Source: Terriglobia bacterium (GTDB lineage Bacteria; Acidobacteriota; Terriglobia; 20CM-2-55-15). From it: a stretch of 64,000 bases of DNA. The stretch's first letter is position 1, and every line of letters starts with the position of its first letter. Below are positions 39,961 through 49,973 of the stretch, one piece after another. The stretch spans positions 224,001 to 288,000 of the forward strand of contig CBDCLE010000024.1 of assembly GCA_965218585.1 (NCBI GenBank), in the 5' to 3' direction. The position numbers were made by a program, and so were the translations under genes. The notes beneath the pieces are model-generated. The model saw only the letters and a program-made list of their open reading frames with translations. It did no database searches and was not told where the DNA came from.

Positions 39961-40803
39961 ATGAAACATAGATCGATCGGCAATGAAACCCCAGCGCGAC
40001 TGATCCTGTCCGGACTGGTTTTGATTCTGGCCCTCGCCGCATTGGGAGGCGTTTCCGGATCGCGTGCCGCGCAGGAGCCGCCTTCGGCCGGGCCCGCTGA
40101 TCCGTTGCTTATCGAAGACCTGGTTGCGGCAAATCACATTCTTTATCAGGAAGGCATCGTCGATGCCTTCGGTCATGTCAGCGTCCGCCACAACCTGGAC
40201 CCGAATCGCTTTCTACTTTCCCGATCGACTGCGCCTGAACTTGTAACCGCAGATGACATTCTTGAATATGACCTCGATGCCAACCCGATTAACCTGGGTG
40301 AGCGCAGGCAGTATCTGGAACGCTTCATTCATTCCGCGATCTACGCGGCTCGGCCCGACGTACAGGCGGTCGTGCACAACCACTCGCCCGGTCTTGTTCC
40401 ATTTGGAGTCAGCACTGTGCCGCTTCAGCCGATTTACCATATGGCGGCGTTTATCGGCGAAGGCATCCCTGTATTCGACATTCGTGACGCTTTTGGTATC
40501 ACCCAGATGCTTGTAAGCGATCCGATGCGGGGGCGTGTCCTGGCCGAGACCCTAGAGGATCGACCGGCGGTCCTCATGCGGGGACACGGTGTGGCCGTCG
40601 TCGGGCCTGACCTCAAGTTTGCCGTCGGACGCAGCATCTACCTGGAAGTCAACGCACGGCTTCAGACCGAGGCCATGAGTCTCGGTGGAGATATTACCTA
40701 TCTGAATCTGGGCGAGAGTGAAGCCTATTTGGATGAAGCCGGGGAAAACCAAGGTTACCAGCGACCCTGGGAATTGTGGAAACGGCAGGCGATGGAAAGG
40801 TAA
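39961..40803 (+). CDS. Class II aldolase/adducin-family protein with signal peptide
   Basis: DAFGHVSVRH, ERFIHSAIY..RPDV.AVVHNHS, LMRGHG; hydrophobic N-terminal leader. Confidence 0.88.
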   Translation: MKHRSIGNETPARLILSGLVLILALAALGGVSGSRAAQEPPSAGPADPLLIEDLVAANHILYQEGIVDAFGHVSVRHNLDPNRFLLSRSTAPELVTADDILEYDLDANPINLGERRQYLERFIHSAIYAARPDVQAVVHNHSPGLVPFGVSTVPLQPIYHMAAFIGEGIPVFDIRDAFGITQMLVSDPMRGRVLAETLEDRPAVLMRGHGVAVVGPDLKFAVGRSIYLEVNARLQTEAMSLGGDITYLNLGESEAYLDEAGENQGYQRPWELWKRQAMER

Positions 40804-40813
40804 GCGGCTTTAA

Positions 40814-41578
40814 GTGTTCAACTTAAACGCAGTATCTTCATCTATTAAATTTGTTTTGGCAATGGGCATATCTGTGTTTTCATTCGCCTATGTGCCTGGG
40901 GCGATCCTTGGCCAGGAGACTCCCTCATTCCCCGACACGCCATACGAAAACCTTCAGATCCTCACGGGTGCACCACCCGACCAGCTGGAACAGATCATGG
41001 GAGCGATCGCTCTTTCCCTCGGGGTGGAATGCGAATACTGCCATGTCACCGGAAACTGGGCGTCGGATGAAAGGGGGGCCAAGGAAACGGCCCGCGAGAT
41101 GATGCGGATGTCGGCAGAGATCGGCGAAACCTACTTCGGAGTCCTCGAAGCGCCCAGCTGCTGGACTTGCCACAGAGGTTCACCCAGACCTGAGACCCAA
41201 CCCTTTCCGGCTCTACCAGCGGGAGCACTCGGTCTTCCTGTTGGGACCGCAGGCGCCCTCGCGTTTGCGAATGAGGACACCGCGTCGGGTGAAGTCTATG
41301 TGAACATCCAGAACTATACAGACCTGCCGGCCAGCGGGCTTCGAGGTGTCATGGAGACATACACCCGTGATCTGGGCGTGGGCTGCGACCACTGCCATGT
41401 CGAGGGCGACTGGGCAAGCGACGAGGTGTTGATGAAGCTGGTCGCGCGCCGGATGTTTGAGATTCAGCAAGGATTGGAGGGCGAGTACCTGCCTGAGGGC
41501 GCGTTATCGTGCTGGACCTGTCACAGGGGAGAGACGCTGCCCGAGACGAACCTGCCACCCGGGTTGCTGCCGCAATAG
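40814..41578 (+). CDS. Tetraheme c-type cytochrome, photosynthetic-RC cytochrome (PufC)-like
   Basis: Duplicated unit N(L/I)Q..M..LGV.CxxCH..WASDE..AR.M..SCWTCHRG; hemes CEYCH, CWTCH, CDHCH, CWTCH. Confidence 0.85.
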   Translation: MFNLNAVSSSIKFVLAMGISVFSFAYVPGAILGQETPSFPDTPYENLQILTGAPPDQLEQIMGAIALSLGVECEYCHVTGNWASDERGAKETAREMMRMSAEIGETYFGVLEAPSCWTCHRGSPRPETQPFPALPAGALGLPVGTAGALAFANEDTASGEVYVNIQNYTDLPASGLRGVMETYTRDLGVGCDHCHVEGDWASDEVLMKLVARRMFEIQQGLEGEYLPEGALSCWTCHRGETLPETNLPPGLLPQ

Positions 41579-41638
41579 GTCACCCTCGAATACGAAGATC
41601 GGTGTGTCTTAAGCAGATCGCCGACTGCTGATCGTTAT

Positions 41639-42618
41639 CTATTCGATATTTCCCGCGACTTCTTCCCACACCCTGGCAAACGCCAACGGTGCGAACAGGC
41701 CGGACGTGCCGCGTTCTCCCGACGGTCCGAAGTCTGCTTCCTCGAATGCTTCTTCGGCTGTGCGTTCCGGATCATAGAGACGTGTGGCTTCGGAGAGAAC
41801 AGCCTCTACAGCCGCTCTGAACTCGGGCACGTCGGCCGCAAGCGTCCGAGGGTCGTCGACAAAGCCGTGTCCGGGGACGTAGTGCGACACGTCCATGGCT
41901 TCCGCCGCCTCGAGCGCTCCGATCCACTCGTTTGCAAAGCCGCTCCGGAGAGCAGGGAATTGTCCGGCAAAAAAAGATTCGCTCATGAACAGGACGCCTG
42001 TCGCGGGCAGGTGGACCATATCAGGTCGCCCCCGGTGTGTGACCGTCCCAGATGCAATATCTGAACTTCCGTAGCGCCCATCGTCAAAGTCCGGTTGTCC
42101 GTGACGGTTTCGGCCGGGACAATGATCGGAGCATCGTCCGCTTCCCGGTCGGGCGAATTGGCTGCCCGCTCGAGAGCAGCCTGAGAGTTGGGGTGGGCGA
42201 AGAAGGTCGCCTCTTCAGGAAACGCGGAGTTGCCGCCTGTATGGTCGCCGTGTTCAGATGCGACGACGACGTTGGTGACGGATTGGTCGGTCACCCGGGC
42301 GATCTCTTCGAGCATCAATGTGACCGTATCGGGGTTCCCCTGGCCACCGGCGACGAGGACACCATCGGACGTCACGACGACGAGGCTGTTGGTCGCGTAG
42401 TTTCGTCCGAGGGTTTCAAATACATAGACGTTTTCGGCGATCTCACGGAGCCGTGGAAACTCGTCCCCGGTCAGTCCACGCTCGGCCAGGCCGGGCGTGG
42501 ACGGCCCTTCAGAGGCTGGCGGGGGCGTTTCGGCCGGAGCCATCTCGGCCGGTTCGCTGGCGCAACCGGTGAAGATCAGTAAAACGATTGTCAAGAGACT
42601 GTACTTCCAGAACGGCAT
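41639..42618 (-). CDS. MBL-fold metallo-hydrolase lipoprotein; frameshift at ~42020
   Basis: FTGC lipobox, SEHGDHTGGN, SHTGGDL|VHLP, VPGHG; ORFs 41983-42705 and 41639-42019 join. Confidence 0.82.
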
Positions 42619-42788
42619 AGTTCCTCCTCGGCTGTAAGGGCCTTCGGTCAGGAGCGTCACGATACCACTCGGGGAAAATCTGTCCAAGCATCGTTCATTG
42701 CCCATCCACCTGCGAAATCGTGCGAGGAAAGAAACCGGATCACTTCCTTGATGTCGGCAGTAACATAGGCGCAGTGGGTGTAACAGGG

Positions 42789-44069
42789 ATGTATCGAGCC
42801 ATTGCCGTTATCTTGCTTTTGGTGGCCACATCGGTGGCCGTCTTTTCGCAACTCGGCCGGAGCGTGTTTTCACCGGGCGCGGACCATCCGGCCGTCCGAT
42901 ATTTTGAAACGACCTCCGATCCGATCGTGGGTCTGAATCGCCGGTTGATAGGCGGGGCAGACACACTCGAGTCTAACGGGCCGCTCGGCTATCTCGAATC
43001 CGTCCTGGACGTCCTGGATGTCCCGGTCGAATCGCAGGTGGTCGCATATTCCAAAAACAGCCTGCAGAGCCTATATATCAGTCCAGAGAATCCGAGACTG
43101 ATCTATTTCAATGATGCGGTTGTGGTAGCCGCGATTCAGGGTGCACCTTTGATCGAGGTGACAGCGATCGACCCGGAAAAGGGCGTGATCTTCTACTCGT
43201 TCGAGCAGGAAGCTCCTTCGCCGCTACAGTTTTCAAGAGAGAACGCAACCTGTCTTCGATGCCACGAATCGTTGAACAGTTTGGGAGTGCCGGGGTTGCT
43301 TGTCCGCAGCGTCATGCCTTCCCGGGAGGGCTGGCCGAATCCGCAACTGGGCAATTTTGTAGTCAATCACGAGAGTCCGTTCGAAGAGCGCTGGGGCGGC
43401 TGGTACGTGACCGGGAGCCACGAAGGAATCCGTCATCTGGGAAACGGGTTCATCACCGATCGGTTGGACGAAGAATCGATCCGTGAGAATCAGAAACTCG
43501 TCTTGGATTCCATAGCGGACCGGGTGGATGGTGGAGCCTACCTGGTTCCTTCCAGTGATATTTCGGCCCTGATGGTGTTTGATCATCAGATGCACATGAC
43601 GAACCTGCTGATCCGGTATGGATGGGAAGTTCGTTATGCCCTGGCCTTTCCGGAAGGTGTTTTCGATCTGAGCGATCGGGCTCTCGAACATGCCGTCAAC
43701 GAAGTTGTGGATTACATGTTGTTCGTCAGCGAACCCGAACTGTCGTCTCGTCTGTCGGCGGGCTCGGGTTTCCGCGAGATATTCGAACAAAAGGGGCCCC
43801 GTGACGGGCAAGGACGCTCGCTGCGGCAATTGAATCTCGATCAGCGACTGATGCGGTATCCGCTGAGTTACATGATCTATTCCACGGCGTTTGACGGCCT
43901 CCCCGTCGAAGCGAAGAGCGCCATCTACGCCCGCCTGTGGCAGGTTCTCTCTGGAAACGATGACAATGTCCGATACGGCCGGCTTTCGCCCGAAGATAGA
44001 CGTGCCATTGTTGAGATTCTTCGGGAGACGAAAGAAGGTCTGCCAGATTATTTTGAGCCGACCCTCTGA
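42789..44069 (+). CDS. Secreted conserved protein with one CxxCH heme motif
   Basis: Signal peptide; SQV..SK.SLQ..ISPENPR.IYFND, CLRCH, EERWGGWYVTG, SDI.ALMV.DHQ, SYMIYS.AFD.LP. Confidence 0.75.
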   Translation: MYRAIAVILLLVATSVAVFSQLGRSVFSPGADHPAVRYFETTSDPIVGLNRRLIGGADTLESNGPLGYLESVLDVLDVPVESQVVAYSKNSLQSLYISPENPRLIYFNDAVVVAAIQGAPLIEVTAIDPEKGVIFYSFEQEAPSPLQFSRENATCLRCHESLNSLGVPGLLVRSVMPSREGWPNPQLGNFVVNHESPFEERWGGWYVTGSHEGIRHLGNGFITDRLDEESIRENQKLVLDSIADRVDGGAYLVPSSDISALMVFDHQMHMTNLLIRYGWEVRYALAFPEGVFDLSDRALEHAVNEVVDYMLFVSEPELSSRLSAGSGFREIFEQKGPRDGQGRSLRQLNLDQRLMRYPLSYMIYSTAFDGLPVEAKSAIYARLWQVLSGNDDNVRYGRLSPEDRRAIVEILRETKEGLPDYFEPTL

Positions 44070-44115
44070 CGGCCAAGAGTTCAGGGTCTAGTCAGGTCAT
44101 GGTATCGTGACCCTT

Positions 44116-44379
44116 ATGCCGATCTACGAATACGAGTGTCAGGAGTGCGATAACGAATTCGAATTGTTGATACTCCCGTCGACGAAGGACACGCCTCGGT
44201 GTCCGGAGTGCAAGAGCAAGAAGATCGAACGGACGATCTCCCGTTTCGCAATGAGTTCGGAGAGCATTCGGGATGCAAACTGGAAGTCGGCCCGGAAGAA
44301 GGGAATGAAGGTGGGTCTCGACAAGCAGAGAGAAGAAGTCAAATACCAGAAGAAGGTTCTGGACGAAACAGACCGATAG
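44116..44379 (+). CDS. FmdB-family zinc ribbon protein
   Basis: MPIYEYECQEC..FE..CPECKS. Confidence 0.9.
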   Translation: MPIYEYECQECDNEFELLILPSTKDTPRCPECKSKKIERTISRFAMSSESIRDANWKSARKKGMKVGLDKQREEVKYQKKVLDETDR

Positions 44380-44485
44380 TTCCAAACGGCTTTCCCGGCA
44401 TCCATTTGACCGTTACTGGTTCTCTTCGTAATATCTAGCAGTTCGAGGCTCGAAGCCACCAGGTTCGTTTCAGGAGGTATCTCAC

Positions 44486-46063
44486 ATGCGTTCTCTCACA
44501 TGGATCATGACAACCGCGCTCTTTATGGCGGGCACCCCGTCTTTTGCAGCCCAGGACGTCGCCCAGTTGAACGAGCTGAAAGGCGAAGCCGTCGAGACGG
44601 TGGATACGCTGGCGACGTTCACGCAACAGATGGTGGACATGATCTTCAGCTTCGGTGAACTGGGATTCCAGGAAGTTGAAACCTCTGCCTATATCACTGG
44701 AATCCTTGAAGAGAACGGGTTCGAGGTAGAGCGCGGCATCTCGGGTATGCCGACGGCGTGGATGGCGACATGGGGTTCGGGTGAACCTGTGATCGCGTTG
44801 GGAAGCGACCTCGATGGTATTCCGAAGGCGTCACAGAAGCCGGGTGTCGCCTACTACGATCCGATCATCGAAGGCGCTCCAGGTCACGGTGAAGGACACA
44901 ATTCGGGACAGGCAGTCAACGTTACGGCCGCGTTAGTCGTAAAAGAAATCATGGAACGCGAGGGCATATCCGGCACGTTGAAGGTGTGGCCGGGTGTGGC
45001 TGAAGAGCAGCTCGGTTCGAAAGCCTATTTTGTTCGCGACGGTTTTTTCGAGGATGTCGATATCGTCCTGTATTCCCACGTCAGCAATAACCTGTCTGCG
45101 ACCTATGGTCCCAGGGCGGGAAGCGGGTTGGTCTCTGTAGAGTTCACTTTTCACGGTGAGGCGGCTCATGGTGCCGGTGCCCCCTGGCGCGGCCGCAGCG
45201 CTCTGGATGCTGTCGAACTGATGAACATTGGCTGGAACTACCGACGGGAACACATGCGGCTTCAACAGCGATCGCATTATGTCATTCCGAACGGTGGCGA
45301 TCAGCCAAACGTCGTTCCTTCCGAGGCATCAGTCTGGTATTTCTTCCGCGAAACCAGCTATCCAAGGATTTCGGACATGCTTGAGGCGGGCCAGACCATG
45401 GCCGAGGCGGCGGCGATGATGACGGGAACGGACGTGGAACACCGAATCCTCGGGTCGGCGTGGCCTGCGTATTTCAACAAGACGATTGCCGAGACGATGT
45501 ACGCCAATATCGAGACGGTGGGGTTGCCCGAATGGAGCGACGATGACCAGGCGCTGGCCCAGGCGGTGCAACGAGAACTGGGTAACGAAGAGCAGGACGG
45601 GTTGGCCACGAGCATCGATCCGATGCCTGAACCCATCGAGGAACCTCAGGGTGGAGGATCGGACGACATCGGAGACATCTCATGGAACGTGCCGACTGTC
45701 ACGCTCCGATTTCCCTCCAACATACCGGGACTGCCAGGACACCACTGGTCGAACGCCGTGGCGATGGCCACACCCATCGCGCACAAGGGCGCGACTGCCG
45801 GCGCCAAGGTGCAGGCGATGACGCTGCTGGACTTCCTGCTGCGGCCCGAGCTGAGGGATGAAGCCTGGGAATACTTCAGGGACGTTCAGACACCGGAGAC
45901 GAGGTACACGCCGTTGATCAGTGCTGACGACACTCCGGCAACGCATCTGAACACCGACATCATGGAGCAGTATCGGCCGCGGATGCGGGAGTTCTATTTC
46001 GATCCAACACGCTACGACACGTATCTGGAGCAGTTGGGTGTCGAGTATCCAACGCTAAGGTAG
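44486..46063 (+). CDS. M20 amidohydrolase (AbgB-like), secreted
   Basis: ELGFQE, GHGEGHN, PGVAEE, HGAGAPWRGRSALDAVELM, GGDQPNVVP, GSDDIGD. Confidence 0.9.
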   Translation: MRSLTWIMTTALFMAGTPSFAAQDVAQLNELKGEAVETVDTLATFTQQMVDMIFSFGELGFQEVETSAYITGILEENGFEVERGISGMPTAWMATWGSGEPVIALGSDLDGIPKASQKPGVAYYDPIIEGAPGHGEGHNSGQAVNVTAALVVKEIMEREGISGTLKVWPGVAEEQLGSKAYFVRDGFFEDVDIVLYSHVSNNLSATYGPRAGSGLVSVEFTFHGEAAHGAGAPWRGRSALDAVELMNIGWNYRREHMRLQQRSHYVIPNGGDQPNVVPSEASVWYFFRETSYPRISDMLEAGQTMAEAAAMMTGTDVEHRILGSAWPAYFNKTIAETMYANIETVGLPEWSDDDQALAQAVQRELGNEEQDGLATSIDPMPEPIEEPQGGGSDDIGDISWNVPTVTLRFPSNIPGLPGHHWSNAVAMATPIAHKGATAGAKVQAMTLLDFLLRPELRDEAWEYFRDVQTPETRYTPLISADDTPATHLNTDIMEQYRPRMREFYFDPTRYDTYLEQLGVEYPTLR

Positions 46064-46111
46064 AGGACTCGATCTCGACGAGTAGCCGATCGGCTTGCCA
46101 AGGCGGACCCC

Positions 46112-46632
46112 TTAGTGGGTTCGGACAGCTTTTCTTACGACCTGGCGCCGTGCAACGATGCTGCCCAGAAGCAGTGGGCCGACCAACAACACCCTTTCCG
46201 CTAAGGCAAGCATCAAATCAGTGACTCCTTCCACGGGGAAATTGATTAATATGAAGACCACTGTCATGATCGGAACAGCCAAGAACGCAACTGCGACCGA
46301 GGCGTAGATCCCTCGCACGGGCGCGGCTCTGACAAAGGCGAATCCAGTCAATAAGGTCCCGAAAACAAATAGGCCGGGGCCGTCGTCGAATTCCGCCAAC
46401 ACGAGCATCAGTAACCACGTGGCGCCGCAGGCAACGGTCAATCCAAGAAGGGCAGTCGGGACTCACTGAACCCCTTCCACCAGAGCGCCAAGGTTGTCCG
46501 AACAAGGTGGGACCAGAACCAGATCCGTCCACGGGATCGGGCTTCTTCCAATAGATCACCCTCTATCGACCGTCCGTGTTCAGGAGACGTAAACAGCGTC
46601 AGCAACATTGCCGACAGCGACCACTTCGACAT
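46112..46632 (-). CDS. PadR-associated membrane protein; frameshift at ~46460
   Basis: SIEGDLLEE..WFW N-terminal motif typical of PadR partner genes; one added C joins it to TM segments of ORF 46112-46441. Confidence 0.65.
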
Positions 46633-46957
46633 GGGTACCTCCCAGGAGTTCCAGCCCCTCGAGCAGACTCTGGTAAGCGTTATGCGCCCTCTTCACCGTC
46701 TTGAGGCCCGCCGCGCTGACCTTGTAGTAGCGCTTGGCCCGTCCACCGCGCTCGGGTGTCGGGTCACCCAGCCGGGAGGCTACGAAACCCTTTTCCTCCA
46801 GGCGTTGCAGTGTCGTGTACAGGGCTCCCGGCGCCACGTTGCGCCCGGTGTGTTCGGTAATCTCCGCCCGGATGCTAACGCCGTACGCGGTGTCATCTAA
46901 ACGGAGAATCGACAGGAGGACGATCTGCTCGAACTCCCCCAGAACGTGCGTGCCCAT
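46580..46957 (-). CDS. PadR-family transcriptional regulator
   Basis: LGEFEQIVLL..AYGVSI..GALYTTLQRLEEKG..TPERGGRAKRYY. Confidence 0.93.
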   Translation of the reverse strand: MGTHVLGEFEQIVLLSILRLDDTAYGVSIRAEITEHTGRNVAPGALYTTLQRLEEKGFVASRLGDPTPERGGRAKRYYKVSAAGLKTVKRAHNAYQSLLEGLELLGGTHVEVVAVGNVADAVYVS

Positions 46958-46974
46958 GGGAGACATTGTCGGTG

Positions 46975-47530
46975 ACTGGATTGTTGGCCGCTTGGACGAT
47001 CTCTTCGTTTGGTTTGTGGGTGTCGCTATGTTAGCAGTGCTGCATCGCTTCTTCTTCAGCAAGAAACTCAAAGAAGAAATCATGGAGTCAGAAACAAAAC
47101 TACTCAAAGCGATTGAACGCAAACAAGATGGATCTGATAGCAAATCCAGGGATGTGCAGTCAAGAGGCGTGATTGAGTTGGAGCGGCGAATCGACAGGGT
47201 TGAATGGGACTGGAATAGGCTTAAGCGGGCAGAGTCCGCGAGAGAAATAGCGAAAGAGATCAAACAGTTAGAGGCCGAAGACGACGCGAAAGAAAGGCGC
47301 TCCAGCGGAACCAAGGGACGCCAGTCCTAGAATGCGCAAAATAATGGGGGCGTATGAAGAAGAAAAAGAAACCGAAGCCACGTCGAAAGCCGCCCAAGAT
47401 GCTCGAATTGGACGACCACGCGCTTATGGAGAAGCTATTCGGTAAGCGCGCTGTCAAGAAACTTGACGAGTTAGCAGCGCAGAAATCGAAATGAATAACT
47501 ATACAGTCAGTTCGTCAAGTGCATAATCAC
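46975..47530 (+). mobile_element. Probable end remnant of an IS (IS1595-like) with passenger ORFs; no transposase
   Basis: Lower-GC segment with a TM/coiled-coil ORF (to 47330) and a 46-aa basic ORF (47354-47494), ending in TTCGTCAAGTGCATAATCAC exactly where the next gene is decapitated. Confidence 0.4.
47354..47494 (+). CDS. Small basic hypothetical protein (46 aa; not in the ORF track)
   Basis: MKKKKKPKPRRKPPKMLELDDHALMEKLFGKRAVKKLDELAAQKSK*. Confidence 0.5.
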   Translation: MKKKKKPKPRRKPPKMLELDDHALMEKLFGKRAVKKLDELAAQKSK

Positions 47531-48499
47531 GGTTTCTTTGGTCGGTTCGACACAGAGACGTTCGTCGAGATGGAAGCTGAAATCCTTGAAGTGTTCTGGA
47601 GAAACCCACATGTTTACGTGATCGTCGAGACCACGGATGCGGGAGATCAAGCCGTCCGCTGGGACCTGGAGACATCCTCGCCGACCCTCCTGACGCGCTC
47701 GGGAATGGGGCCGGAAACCGTGAGCGTTGGGGACCAGGTCCGGATCGCAGGCTTTCCCTCGGTCACCGGCCGCAATGAGATCTTTCTAACGAACCTCCTG
47801 ATTGCAAGCGGCGAAGAATTTATCCTCAGAAGAAACGTCGATTTGAAATGGGCAGACGAGCGAACCGGTGACGATTCGTTCCTGTTTCAGACCGAGGGCG
47901 ACACCACTCAACCGGACCTGGGCATATATCGAACCTGGAGTCACACGAACACGATCCCGTTTCTGTTTCCCGAGGCCACCGATCTCAGCTTCAGTGTGAA
48001 CGATTACCCTATGACCCGGGCGGCGCTCGACGCGTTTGACCGGGCAACGGACAATCCCACCGCCGACTGCACGCCAAAGGGGATGCCAACGATCATGGAG
48101 CAGCCCAACCCTATGGAAGTTGTTGGGCAGGGCGAGGATATACTGCTAAGAATCGAGGAGTACGACACGCTCCGTCTGATCCACATGGAAGAGGCCTCCG
48201 CACCGGTCGGTGAGCCGTTGTCGCCGTTGGGGTATTCGGTGGGCCGCTGGGAGGGAACAACGCTCGTTGTAACGACGACCCGTCTAAACTGGCCGTTCTT
48301 CAACCAACTCGGAATTCCCCAGAGCGAAGACTCGACGATTGTCGAACGTTTCAGCCCGACGCGGGACGGGGGCCGAATGGATTACGAATTGACGGTTACC
48401 GATCCGGTCAATTTCACCGAACCGGTAACTCTCGGGAAGCACTGGCTGTATCTGCCGGACCAGGAAGTCCTGCCCTTCGACTGCGCCGTTCGGAACTGA
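47528..48499 (+). pseudogene. DUF6152-like secreted protein lacking its signal peptide and start
   Basis: Begins at HGFFGRFD..WRNPHV..VGDQVRI.G; C-terminal CTPKGMP, GYSVGRWEG.TLVV, DPVNFTEP; the usual signal peptide before the AHH motif is absent. Confidence 0.7.
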
Positions 48500-48527
48500 A
48501 CTTCCTGTTCCAGAGGTTAACTCGCGG

Positions 48528-49799
48528 TTACTCCGATCCTTCGCCTGTCCACTGGGCGCTCAACCCATCGCGGTCGATCATGTTGCCGCGGAGATAGACC
48601 GAATCGATGAGCCGCGTGTTGGTGATGTCGTCCAGCGGATTGGCATCCAGGACGATGAAATCGGCACTCTTGCCCGCCTCGACGGTGCCGGCATCGTCGA
48701 TCTGTAAGACCGCAGCCGAATTACGGGTTGCCGACACGATGACTTCGGCCGGTGTCATTCCCGCCTCGACCATATCCAGCATCTCGACATGGGGTTGCCA
48801 GTCGGTCGGGCCGTCGGTTCCAAAGGCGATCAACATGCCGGCTTCGTTGAGCCGGGCCAGGTTGCGGGCCTGGATCCCGTGCGACTCCTGAGCCGCCGGC
48901 CGGTCCGTGGCCCCTTCCTGAAGCGCGGCGACCTCTTCAGCAGTGAGTGATCCGCTGAGCCAGCTCATGTCTGTGGCCACACCACGATCGGGCATGTTCG
49001 GAATGAGGAAGAGATCCGGACGTTCCTGGACCATGGCGACGAACTCATCGTCGATATCCATGTCCCGGACACCATGGGCAAAGCCGTCAAGGCCTGCTTC
49101 GACCAGACCCTTCGCATCCTCGAGGGTGAAGATGTGCGCGGCAACCCGGAGGCCGTTTGCATGGGCTTCGTCGATGACAGCGCCATACAGTTCCGGCGTG
49201 AGCTTGGGATAGGCGCCGTTGCGGTCGTCCACCCATATCTTGACCAGGTCGACCTGGCGTTCGGCCAGTTCCTGGATGGCTGTCCGGGCTTCGTCCTCGG
49301 TATCGATCCAGTAAGGTACCTCCGAGCGACCAGGCTCGGGGCGGGTGATCCCGCGGCCTGCCGTTCTCAGGAGTGCAGCGTTGGGGATTGGATTCTCGCG
49401 TACCTCGAAAGCGAGATCGCCATCCTGCCCCATGCTGATAACAGCGCTGATGCCGTAGTAGGCAAACCGCTGCAGCTGTTCTTCGAGTTCTTCCCGGGTC
49501 TGGGCGACATGTTTGTGTGCGTCCACAATGGCCGGCATGACCGTTTTTCCGGTCAGGTCCACAAGCGTGGCTCCCGCGGGAACATTGACTGTGCCGGTCG
49601 GACCGGCTTCGATGATGCGCCCGTTCTGCACGGTGAACGTGGCGTTCTCAATCGGGGCGTTGCCGTCGCCTACGATAAGGCGTCCTCCCTCAAATGCTGT
49701 CATGCCTACGACCGGCGGCGCCTCCTCCGGACCGGCGCACGACGTTGCCAGAAACATGGTGATCGCAATCAGAGTCGTGGTTAACGTTACACGGCGCAT
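48528..49799 (-). CDS. Metal-dependent amidohydrolase (Amidohydro_1), lipoprotein
   Basis: DLTGKTVMPAIVDAHKH, VKIWVDDR, AAH, FAHG, FGTDG, GKSADFIVLDANPL; ATSC lipobox. Confidence 0.9.
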   Translation of the reverse strand: MRRVTLTTTLIAITMFLATSCAGPEEAPPVVGMTAFEGGRLIVGDGNAPIENATFTVQNGRIIEAGPTGTVNVPAGATLVDLTGKTVMPAIVDAHKHVAQTREELEEQLQRFAYYGISAVISMGQDGDLAFEVRENPIPNAALLRTAGRGITRPEPGRSEVPYWIDTEDEARTAIQELAERQVDLVKIWVDDRNGAYPKLTPELYGAVIDEAHANGLRVAAHIFTLEDAKGLVEAGLDGFAHGVRDMDIDDEFVAMVQERPDLFLIPNMPDRGVATDMSWLSGSLTAEEVAALQEGATDRPAAQESHGIQARNLARLNEAGMLIAFGTDGPTDWQPHVEMLDMVEAGMTPAEVIVSATRNSAAVLQIDDAGTVEAGKSADFIVLDANPLDDITNTRLIDSVYLRGNMIDRDGLSAQWTGEGSE

Positions 49800-49973
49800 G
49801 GAATACCTCCTCAGAGCTCGAATTACACGTTGATACGTCGCCCCCAGCCAGGTCGGGTGCCAAGGTCCGAACGCGAGCGTCGATGAACCCGGATAGTCTA
49901 GTATCTTGTTGCCCAGATAGCGAGATTAACGTTGAACCGGACCGTAAAGATCCAAACGGTGGAGGGAGTGACC

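Noticed and set aside
40814-41578. Evidence for phototrophy
   Set aside because: No reaction-centre or bacteriochlorophyll genes in the window
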